Part shown: positions 50,521-61,381 of the stretch, one piece after another
Layout of the letters: each line of letters opens with the position of its first letter
How positions within the stretch are numbered: position 1 is the first letter of the stretch
The notes under the pieces: model-generated
What the model was told of the DNA's origin: nothing
Database searches by the model: none
The model's input: the letters and a program-made list of their open reading frames with translations, nothing else
Assembly: GCA_973895155.1 (NCBI GenBank)
Contig: OZ316896.1
Location: 10,551,525 to 10,615,524 of the forward strand
Direction of reading: 5' to 3'
DNA from: Marsupella aquatica
Lineage: Eukaryota > Plantae > Marchantiophyta
DNA length: 64,000 nucleotides
Translations under genes and position numbers: made by a program

Positions 50521-51243
50521 ATGCTCGAGCGACGCATTTTTGTACCCTTCGTGGATCCTCCAGAATGGGGGAATGGCGCCATTATGGACCAGCTAAGGAG
50601 GCTGGATGAATCACTAATTTTAAAGATTTGCCATCTGGTAGCAAAACCATTTTATAATAACGCATATCACTTCTACGTAGACCAGGTAGGGGGAGAAATT
50701 TATATCCGGTGGGATAGATATGTTGCATTTTCTAGAAGAATTATCCTGCTCTTTCTTAAAACCGGTGCAGTAAAATGTTTTATACTGCACCGTTGTCATG
50801 TTGTGAAGGGCAATCGTGCTTATGAACCAGAATTCTATGCTCACAATAGACGTAGAGCATTCGATGAGATTCAGGATGTGATTGACCAGCTGGACAATCC
50901 TCTTGCCACCGAGTTTTTGATTGACACTGGTGGGAAGTTATATTCATACAGGACTTGTCAACTCCCCCCTCGGCCTCTTTGTGCGTTATTTAGGTTAGTT
51001 TATGTATCTTATTTATGGACAAATGTCCTTGACAATGGTGAGATGTGTCAGTGTTGCACAAATGCCTGTTGTGACGTTCCGTCACGCCGCTGTTCAGTAG
51101 CTGTAGTTAATCCTGAGACCTGTGCCACAGATTTTCATTGGTTGTGGGCCTATGATCATAGGATCACTCATATACCCCAATGGTCCAAGAAGCTAATCTC
51201 TCGCTGCGCTGTAGCGCGGTTTGATCTTGGGTGGGATGATTGA
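50521..51243 (+). CDS. Unknown 240-aa ORF/exon with Cys-rich C-terminus
   Basis: Uninterrupted ORF, CQCCTNACC motif, lies between palindrome clusters. Confidence 0.5.
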   Translation: MLERRIFVPFVDPPEWGNGAIMDQLRRLDESLILKICHLVAKPFYNNAYHFYVDQVGGEIYIRWDRYVAFSRRIILLFLKTGAVKCFILHRCHVVKGNRAYEPEFYAHNRRRAFDEIQDVIDQLDNPLATEFLIDTGGKLYSYRTCQLPPRPLCALFRLVYVSYLWTNVLDNGEMCQCCTNACCDVPSRRCSVAVVNPETCATDFHWLWAYDHRITHIPQWSKKLISRCAVARFDLGWDD

Positions 51244-51455
51244 TTAGGCACATTATCACATGTACACTCGGCCGTCAATTTAAAGAAGGCTCACTTTTTG
51301 TTCGGACCACTTTTGCGATAATTTTATCGGTCGTCTTCATTGCGGGTCTTTTGTCCTTATGTGTTATGAGATTTTGTGTCCACATGTGCTGTGACATTGG
51401 AGGCGATAATTTTATCACACTTTGCATTGGAATTTGTTTATTTGCAGACTTTTCC

Positions 51456-54400
51456 ATGGCTGCTAGTGGAAAGAGTGGATCTGCCAAGGCTGAAAGGCCT
51501 TAGTTTATTGACAATGTGCGGACGCAAGGGTTTCACATTTGTCATTGTTACTCTAGAAAACTTTGATGAGAAATTGATTGACTGTTATCCAGAAGATCCC
51601 CTTGTCGCCGAAGTTCGGACAGCAAGAGAGATGAATGTTATGGGTTCGGCTTGGGTGTGCCAGTATGTCCAAGATTGTGATGCGATCATGCTACCAAAGG
51701 TGAACGCAGAGTACAAGAGACTTGTGGGTGAAGAGTTCAAACCCGTCCAGAAAATTGTTTTCAAGAAACCTGGTTCAAGCGGCAACGGTGGTTCTTATGC
51801 CGATAAAAGGTCGGGCGGTAAAGAACCATTGCAAACCTCTACATATATTGACGTGGATGAACGCACAACTTCTGGTCGGGTTTCGGGAAGTGGAAGAGGG
51901 AAAGGGAGAGGTAGCAACAGGGGAGATGCCACGGGACCTTCTGATGGCGGGAAGAGGAGCCAGGAAACTGGCGGTAGTGGGAGGGGACGGGGCAACCATC
52001 AAGGACGTGCTTCAGAAGGACCGTCCGTTAATCCAAGCAAAAGTAAAGGATCCAAGGGATCTGGGCCATCTGGTTCTGGACTTAGCACAAAGAGGAAGAA
52101 GACTGGGTGGAGTGAAACGGTGGCTCCAGAAGTAGATAGAGCTCCATCTAATACATCAATTCCTTCAGTTCTCGTCGAGCTTCCTGCAATGCCATTGGTA
52201 AGTATAACGTCGTTTAGTATTGTTAAACAAATAAGGAATTCGATAAAAATCTTGCTGTTGATTTCCTTAATTGAATTCGCACATCATTTAGTTGTGTTGA
52301 ACAAATGTGGACTCCGATAAAAATCTCGCAGTCTCTTTCCTCAATTGAATTTGACACGCTTTTGTAGACAAATGCGGACTCCGTTAAAAATATCGCAGAT
52401 TCTTCGCTTAATTGAATCCGCAACGCTTTTGTAGGCTGATCAGGAGGAGGAGATGGCTCTTTCGATGTATGAGACTGACGCCATCAAAGCAGAGCTCAGT
52501 CTATTGATGCAACGAAGGGTGCACAGGACAACTGTCCTTCTGCATGTCGACAATCTGATATTTGATGAGGAGGGGGATATGTCAACTTTGATTAGACCAG
52601 TGGATAGATTGCATGTAAAGAATATCAAGATACTTCTCATGAAAAACCCCACGAACTTCAGTCCCCCGTTCGTGCTGTGTGTGGATTCGAAGGATTGTCC
52701 CACACCCGCAGATTGGGACATCTTGAAGTCCAGGGTATGGAAGTATAGAATTATTGGAGGGAACCATGGTGCTCGGGCAAAGTCCGAGTTGTATAAAATG
52801 TACAGCAAGCAAATTTATGGCGAGCTGGAAGCTTGGGTTTACACTGGGCTTACAAGATCCAAGGTCTGAAAGTTGGGCTTCCATCATAATTATGACCAGG
52901 AGTATCGGAAGAACATGACTCACATTGACCAAGTTCGTGCTTGTCATAATATTTACCTAGAAATGGGTGTGGGCTCGACTAAAGATGTTCGCGAAGCATG
53001 TTGTCAAGAATGCATGATGGATTACACACCAGGCGTTCGTGACTCCATGGCCAAACACAACCCAGCTTTCCAAATTGCTTTCCGAACAAGTGAAATTTGG
53101 GATCTTCAGGAGAAAATTTTCCAGATGTGGGAGAAGGGTGTTGTCTTAGGACAACCCAAAAAAATTGTGGCAATGACAAACGCAAAGGGAAAGGTAAACC
53201 CTTTGACGGTAAGGGAGATTAAAATGAATAAACTTGCTGGGGACCTCAACTTAAATTCATTTCGAGGTCTACAAGGACTGGCAAATAAGGAGCACGTCAA
53301 GCGTATCTTGAATAGGGTTATCGGGAAGGTGATCACTTTGGATCAAATGCACAAGGAAGGTGAGAAGCTGAAAAAGCTTGCCAAGGTGAAGAAACTATTT
53401 TTGCAGATATCTGGTCAGCTAGATTGGGCAACGTGCAGAGAAATGTTTCCCACTGAAACAGATGTCTCGGTCCTTGGCATATGGGCGGAGAAATTGAGTG
53501 ACGCGGTAAGCATTTCTCTGACCGCGAGATTTTTATCGGCTTTAGCATTCCATTGTAGGTTTCTAAGCGGTTGTATTTATCGGCTATCGTGACCCATCGT
53601 GAGATTTTTATCGGGTTTTGGATTCATCTCACGTTATTCTAGCTGTAATGTGTGTGACATTTTTACAGCTGAAGATTAGTTCAAAAAGAAAAAACAAAGT
53701 GGTTCCGGCTGTTACTTATAATTCTGTGGGGGAGGTTATTGTTCCCTCGGCTGACATCCCGTATGTGTTTAAGAATTTTGTGCTTGCTGCAATTGATAAG
53801 TACAACTGGCTCTGGTCCTTAGGCCAGGGCACAGCAGAAGCGTTGGAACAAACATGGAAAAATGCTGATGGGGATACGTTCCCCTACTATCTCCATGTTG
53901 GTAATGTTCGAATTTTGGATTCTTTTGTTGAGCCAAGGGCTTACACCCTTGCGGTCGCGGATATTCCGTATGGTTTTAATGCTCCTGGTTTGGAGTTTGA
54001 TGAAGTGTCCTTCACACAAAAGGACGTTTTAGATATGGTGACAAGTTTTTCAAAGATGATGACCACTAAGCAGTGGAGGTTTGTTGTGATCCATTCACTA
54101 CAACAAACTCATATGGTGATGTCTGCACTTGAGAGTGTATGCAGCTGTGGGGTCAAGGTTGGAATCTGGGAGAAGACTAATGTTCATGAGCGTCCCGCTG
54201 GCGCTCGATTGGCGTGGGGTTTTGAGAACTGGTCGATGGGTTTCTATAGCGAGGAAGGCATTCGGAACATGAACATGTACAATTTTCAACCGGATGAGTC
54301 TCGCATCAATATCATCAAGGTTCCATGTGTAACCAAGAAATCTGTTGATCCATTGGGATGTGTTGTGAACCCGTATCAGAAGCCTGTTGGTTTGGGGGCT

Positions 54401-54781
54401 TGGTTTGTTTCCCATTTCTCTGAGAAAGAGGATTGGGTTATAGATCTTTGTTGTGGAACCGGATCAATGTTAGTTGCTACGCTCCTCAATTCTCGGCAGG
54501 GTTGTGCTGTCGATAAGAGTTCTACCCAGATTGATTTTGTGAAATCCCGGATCATGACTCTAGAGTTAAACTGGAATCTATTTGAAGAATCCCAGATTGA
54601 AGGGCACGGCGTCAAAGGTCATGAGATTCAACCACCAATTGCAGGCCAATTGGGTGTTCTCAAGACATCAACTTACGCAATTGAAGTCGTGAAGGAGACT
54701 GAAGAGGAACAAGAAGAAACTGAGGAAGAGCCTCCCAGAACACCAAATGAGGATGATCTCAACGCCATGTTATTAGATTAG
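51456..54781 (+). pseudogene. Three-exon gene (~970 aa): G/S/K-rich linker, ParB/Srx-like domain, beta-class N6-adenine/N4-cytosine DNA methyltransferase
   Basis: IRPVD..YRIIGGNHGARA (ParB-like). VADIPYG precedes NPYQKP..VIDLCCGTGS..AVD (motif IV before motif I). Phase-0 GT-AG introns 52198-52434 and 53506-53668 join the frames. Lesions: TAG 51501, a nearby frameshift, TGA 52867. Confidence 0.85.
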
Positions 54782-55145
54782 TTAGTCAGATGTGCTAGTT
54801 GGAATTTCTTGGCATCACAGTCAATGAGAAATAGAGTTGTCGATAAATTTATCGGATTCTGTATTCCATCAAGGAGAACCGTTGTAACCTTTCTTCATGC
54901 GATAAATTTATCGGACTTTGCATTCCACGGTCTAGCTATCCGACGCTCTAGCAATTCCACTCCCTCCGCTCTAGCTTTTGCACTCCCTTGTTGTCGATAA
55001 TCTTATCGGACTTTGCAATCCACGCTCTAGCTGGTCTGTCATTACAATAATTTCAAACAAAAAAATCATTATAGCTTTGGAGAACAACATAGTCCCAGAT
55101 GTTCACGACTGCGACCATCCTCATGGGAACGATAACGATTATAAC

Positions 55146-57383
55146 TTAAACCTCCACTTCCATCACTGAGCAAGTTCTTGCCCAAAATGGTTCCAAGATG
55201 GACTCCTTGCCATCTCCCAATTCAAGATTCTTCATGGTAGAGGCACACATGACCCACACACTTTGTGAAGCCTTGAGTACCTCTTCTTGACTGATTTTTG
55301 CCACTTCTTGTGACTTGTCAAACTTTTCTCCCATCAATGGTTCCCATCTTCCCAAGTCCAATAGCTTAGCTTCTAACATCTTTGGTTCAGAAACTACCTC
55401 CTTTGAAGACTCTGGCATCTGTGGTCCAAAAACTTCATCATTTGAAAACCCTAGCATCTGTGGTCTAGGGATCTTCTCCTTTGAAGACCCTGGCATCTGT
55501 GGTCCAGGGATCTCCTCCTTTGAAGACCCTAGCATCTATGGTCCAGGGATCTTCTCAACATTCACTTGATACACTTGACACTCTGTATTAGCTCTTGAAA
55601 ATGAACCTTCTCCATCCTCTCCAACTTCAGAATAAAACTCTACTCCCAATGCATGAGGTCCTTCTTTATAAAATCTTTTTCGCTTCACCTTTGCAAGTAA
55701 AGCATCTTGAGCTTTGGAGTTCATGCAAGCAAAAAACTCCTCATTGGTGACTCCATTCACTGTGGCTTTCCAAAACTTATCAGCAACTTGGTCATACTCT
55801 ATGTGTTGCTCCACATCCCTTCCAAGTATCCAACCAGGTCCTTTCTTTTCTACTTTCTCCTTTTTTACTACTTCCAACTCCTTTGAAGGGGTTGAAGTAG
55901 ACTCTTTTGGTGTGCTTGCTCTGTCCTCAAATCGAACACTCCTTCTCATTGGCACATCAGATGATGGTCTAGGAGTAGAAGGTCCAGAATCCACTTTCTG
56001 TTTTCCTTTAGCACGTTCTTCCAAAGGCTCCACAGACTTCCTCTTCTCCTCCTCCATAGAATCCCATAGAGACCCTACCTCTACAGTAAAAGCAAAGATC
56101 AAAACAGGATCATTTCAACCTGATTTTCTCCTTACAAACTCTGTCAGCCTTTTCTTCTCTGTCTCTGAGGATGCTGCTGATGAAGGATCCCGAAACACAG
56201 TGTAGACATCTGCTTCATGCTCACCTTTGTCCCCATAAGTTGCAGCAATGGCTGAGTTATGATGTTCAACCATTCTCTTCTCCACTAGTACCTTCATGCC
56301 ACCTTTGTTGGCATTGACTGGAAGAAGTTCACCCGAATCATGATAGGCAAGCTTTCTTATGCCATCATGCTCAACAAACTTAACCATTCTCTTCTTTAGA
56401 GCAACAGACAGCTCAACACACTCTCTTCTAGAGTGCTCTTTGCTATCACACCAAATACAATTCCAGCTTCTTGGTCCTCCGATAGAACTTCCTGCTCCTC
56501 CACTACCTCTTGATGGTGGTCTCAATGTGTTGCCTCCAATTTGTCCCAAAGCTTGGGTGGCAAGAATGGTAAGATTCTTTATGAGTTCAGACAACTCATC
56601 CATCTTGTCCACACTCTTCTCACCCCTACCGGTTGTTGACTCCATCTTCTCCACTCTCCTCATAGAAGCCATAGGTGCTACTGTATCCAGAACACCTTCA
56701 TGACTGAGTTTCTTCCTTTTGTGTTTTTGACTGACTCTTAGCACAGCAGTCTCAATCTCCTCCCAAGTTGGCTGATTAGCCCCATGACTCGGGTTCAGTA
56801 GTTCAAGAGCAAGCTCTAACTCATCTTGAAGCTTCTCATCAGCAGCCCGGATGAGTAGAGTAGCCTTCTGGACCTTGATAACTTCAGATCCTATCTCAGG
56901 AAGTTGATTGAACTTCTTGACAAACTCCCTCATCAACTCTTGAGGTCCCAACTTCTTAATTCTGTCAGTCACCCAATCAAGGAAAGATGCCCGGGTGATC
57001 CTATTTGGATCTTCCAGCTTAAATTCTTCTTTCATTCTCAGCTCAAAAATATTCCATGCCTTTTCTCTATTAGCTCCCTCTGTCAAGGAAATAACAATTT
57101 CCTTGAGTTCAGGTTTCGCCAAAGATACAAACTCCTTGACTGCTATCTCACCATCAATCTTGTGAATTGTAGCCTCTGTCCAATATCCCTTGAGATACCT
57201 TGTCACATACCTCCGATCAAATTCTCCTTGCTTAGTAAGAACTGAGTGCAAGTACTTTGTGGTCCTTCCAAGCAACTCCTTCTTCTTGTTCTCCTCCATC
57301 TCCTTCTCCTTCATTCCATGTAAGTATGCAGCAACCAAAGATGAAAACCTCTCCATGTCAATTGGATTAATCTCAGTTCCCAT
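55146..57383 (-). pseudogene. gag: Gag with CCHC knuckle, two in-frame stops
   Basis: CIWCDSKEHSRREC; three same-frame ORFs; 39-bp coding tandem repeat x4 at ~55398-55556. Confidence 0.75.
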
Positions 57384-58394
57384 GATTGCAATTCTTCCCT
57401 CTTGACTAATGATATATTAAAAACTCAAAGACTCATAGTTCCAAAAGTCATATCACTCTTCTTCAACTAGAACTTAGACTTGCACAAGCTAACTCCAAAA
57501 TCCAGCGGTTCCCCAGTATGGTCACCACTTATATCCGGGTGACCGTGTTTTCTGGTAAGAACATGTTGGCTCTTATGAAGTCAACCTTGCATGCCCATAA
57601 GTTCTACACTAAAACCAAAATGATAACTCTTGTAAAAAGGGTGGTGGGTATTAAGAAAGGTTCAGGTGAAACTAATATACTATTAAATCCTACTTCACCA
57701 TACTTGCGGATCAACACATCTCAAAAAATAATTTTTCTACGACATACAATCCTAATATCTCCAAGAGAAAATGAGATAGGAATGTCATTTGGACTCCTAT
57801 TTAGATCCATGACTTCAATAAAGGACAAAGATAATGCACTCCCACTCCTCTCGATAAGACACTACTGGGTATACTATTGGCTCATTAGAACTCATAACAA
57901 CAGCTGCAAATTGAGCTCCAAAGTGATAAGTTAAATACTGCCTCATGGATGGCTTGTCTAAAAGATGGACTCTAACCAAAAATGGATTACAAAGGGGAAG
58001 ACTAGGGATATCTCTCCCTCCTGGATTCATAATGATTCTCTTGTTCCTTTGCTATCCGGGCCAAAGGATGCTCCACCCCTAAGTTCCCAAAGAGACCTTG
58101 TTCCTTAAGGTCCCATCTATAAGTCTACCACTCATTCCTTTGCTATCCGGGCCAAAGGATGCCCCACTACTATGTACATAAGGCAAAGAATAGAAGAGAA
58201 AGATGAGAGAAGAAAAGAGGATTGTTTCGACGCGGAAATTATCAAAATGTGGGAATGAGGAGAAAGTGCCCCTCACCACTTTATTTATATTGAATCCAAG
58301 AGGGCATGGATTACGCCCAAACACTTGGATGAAAGCCAAGTGGCACACATCCAACGTAGGAATGTGTGCTAGTACTATTGCAATCAAAACAAAT

Positions 58395-58730
58395 AATGCA
58401 TGCAAGTAAAACAACTAATGCATGCACCTAAAATAATTTGTGCATGCATGCACCTTGTGGCTTGCACATTTGCTCATCTTGCATGCGCATAAAATAACTA
58501 ATGTATGCAAATAAAACAATTTGCATGCATCTAAAACAATTTGTGCATGCACCTTGTGACTTGCACATTTGCTCACCTTGCATGCACTAATGCATGCAAA
58601 TAAAACAATTTGCTCACCTTGCATGCACATAAAATGACTATTGCATGCAAATAAAACAATTTGCACATGCATCCAAACAATTTGTGCATGCATCTTGTGG
58701 TTTGCATAGTTGCTTACCTTGCATGCACAT
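58395..58730. repeat. TGCATGCA-rich tandem repeats within the LTR
   Basis: Repeated ATGCATGCAAATAAAACAATTTG and TTGCTCACCTTGCATGCAC units. Confidence 0.85.
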
Positions 58731-59704
58731 ACATAATAGTCAAATTATTTAATTATCTCGTAATAATATATAAAGCTAACCTATATACTTACTTATATAC
58801 TTAGTGGTAATGATTTCATCATGAATAATTGAATTATCACGACACTGTCGCCCTAAACGACAAAATAACAGAGAAAGGTATATTTCTTGGATTTATAATT
58901 TCATTCTTACACGTGCAAAATTATATAGTTTTGAATTGAAGCGATAAATTTATCTGATGTTGGTATTGCAAAAGGTGTTTCTTTCATATGGAAGTTGCAA
59001 TTTTGAAATTGAAGCGATAAATTTATCTGATGTTGGTATTGCAAAAAGTGTTTTCTTCATATGGATAGTTGCAATTTTGAAATTTAACCGATGAACCGAA
59101 GCATCTTAGTATTGTCAACAAGTATTTTTGCCGTCCGTAGTTTTCGCGATAATTTTATCGCACTGCGCATTGCTGTTGAAACAATGGCATGTTGACTATG
59201 GTCACTTTGGAGGTAACTATGGTCAATTGCGGAGGTAACTACAAGGTAAGTCTGACAAACCGTGCAGTAATTTCTTATCGACTATGATATAAAATAGTTA
59301 CGGTAAATAACCAAAAACTGAGAAAACTGAGATTGAGTCGGAACTTTCATTGTTGAAATCCGGAGTCCGATACAATTATCGGACTTTGCTCGAAAAGTGG
59401 ATATGGATTTCTAGATAAGACCTTTCATATATCTTTGGAGAGCGTGAATATGAGGTTCAGGCAAAAGTTTTTCGTATCTAATTTTTCCTTGATAAATTGA
59501 ATGTTTGTGAGCATTAATTTCAGTGGTTTGGAACATTCCTGAATTTCCTGATTAAATCCGAACTCCGATACGGATTACATTATTTCCCCAAAAACCTATT
59601 TTTGATGAAAAAAACCACTGATTTTGCGAGATTCGGCGTAAAATGAAAACATACTTCTTGTTTGCGGAAATAGTTCTCGTTCGGTCGGAAATTGTATTTT
59701 TTAA

Positions 59705-61109
59705 CCCGGAAAAAACCCCACGGGCAGGGCAAACAAGCCACACGGCAAAACAAGACAACCCCCCCTTGGGGGGGAAACACAAGGGGTACAAAAGAAGCCG
59801 TCACCAAGACAAACCAAAACCAGCAAGTGAGGAGAGAATAGCAGTAGCAAATGAGAAGAGGGGGTCTCATGTCAGGACCACAGCTAAGACCTAATCACGC
59901 ATTCTAATCCAATTATGGGCACAGGGTCATCCACCAGTGGAAATACAGCCCCTGCCATCACTAAGCCAGAGCCTACGTAAACTGTCAATCCTATCTTTTG
60001 CCCGGCACAACCGGGTATTCTTTCTACCAGGGGGTGAGCATCTGCTCACAGCATTCAAGCACTGAGCAGCCTCAGAAAGCACTAGGCCCATATCAAATGT
60101 ACGTCTACCACCTGCACTGAACATATGGGAGTTCCTGCCTAGCCACAACCTCCATAAAATCTATTGAAAGACAAATAGTTTGGCAATATGCTTAGGGTCC
60201 CTCCCATAAGCAGAGTCCAACAAAGTTAGCAGCCCCTGGCCGATTGGTAAGCCCTGCTCACGTAAGAAGCAGTGGCAGAGTCCCCAACACCTCACAGCAA
60301 ATGCACACCCAAAGAACATGTGGGGGATGGTCTCTAAGGTACCGCTACACACCTTGCAATCACCATTGCTCACACCAATTCTAAGTGCCCTAGCACCCGT
60401 GAATAGACCCCCAACAATAATTCTTCAGATGAATGTCTTGCCCCTGGTTGGCAGATCAGAGCCCCACAGTCTAGACCACCCCAAGTTCCATCTCAATTCA
60501 GGTCGAGAAATGGACCAGATCCGGTTAAGGTGACCGTGATTTGAGCTTTTGGGTCGTAGAAATTCATAAACACGACAATTATCCACCCTGAAATCCTTCA
60601 ACTTCTCTATTTTGTCAGCCCACCTCCACTGTTTGGCATATAGGTAAAAGTCAGTCCTACATTCATTGGTGTTCCACAGGTATTCTAGGAATGAGTGTGC
60701 AAGTGCTCAGTAGTGAAACCTCGCAAGCTGTGCCATTTCATTGGGAGGTCCTTCCAGGCTCCATCCTCCAAAGACCATCCGTCCCCAATAGATCTCATTC
60801 CTAGTCTACCACAAATGGTAGCAACCCCAACAATGGCCTCATTCAAAAGGGAGTGAAATCCTGCAAGGCAATGTAAGGTGTCATAGATGCTCCATCGCGC
60901 CGGAACCCCAAGCCTGCCAGGCTCAAAAGACAGGTGTGCTCTGAGCATCGTCCAACTCCTCCATAGTCCACTCGTATATGGAAGGCCACTATATGACCTC
61001 AGTGTACACAGTAATAGCTGGTCTTGAAAGGAATATTGGTTTTGTCTAATCACTTTGTAGTTCATCCATCCCATCAGAGCTAGATTTGCAGCAAGCATTC
61101 TAGACCATT
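59705..61109 (-). mobile_element. 5'-truncated LINE (C-terminal ORF2, zf-RVT, 3' UTR); its extreme 3' end lies at 48028-48060
   Basis: GDCKVCSGTLETIPHMFFGC; homologous to the other LINEs in the window. Confidence 0.85.
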
Positions 61110-61381
61110 CTTAGCATTCCATTTCCACCTAAGTTCCACATGGAAGCTCTCCAACTCCAGATCCAACTTTAGTGTACATGAAGCTACCACATGATCATCC
61201 TCATAAACTAGCATGCAAGCATCCGCTTTTCCTGTTCCTAGATCCTAAAAATGCTTGAGCATGCAAATTTTGCCTGACTGTGCATGTTTCTATCCCAAAA
61301 ATTCTGCATCTCATATCTTAGATAATGAAGACTAAATTCAAATCAATCTATCTGATTTTATCACTCCCACATTGAAAGTTT
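61110..61381. repeat. 272-bp direct repeat, copy 2
   Basis: Matches 47756-48027. Confidence 0.95.

Larger units (their letters stand above)
55146..58844 (-). mobile_element. Truncated Ty3/Gypsy-like element: 5' LTR (~57530-58844), PBS and gag only
   Basis: LTR starts TGTCGTGA at 58844; PBS TGGTGACCATACTGGGGA at 57527-57510; pol and 3' LTR are missing. Confidence 0.75.
48061..59696 (+). mobile_element. TIR-bounded DNA element, superfamily unknown, no transposase visible; carries ParB-MTase and F-box-like genes
   Basis: Left CACGATTTCGGACCGACCGAGAA versus reverse complement of the right end TACAATTTCCGACCGAACGAGAA (19/23). Flanks AGTTTTAA/TTTTTTAA. It interrupts a LINE 3' UTR, and the same palindromes occur near both ends. 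Confidence 0.75.

Noticed and set aside
51456-54781. Bacterial contamination or prophage as source of the MTase
   Set aside because: The gene has frame-restoring spliceosomal introns and is embedded among plant TEs.
55036-55040. CTGTC as TSD partner of 58845-58849
   Set aside because: Not adjacent to any LTR sequence; probably chance.
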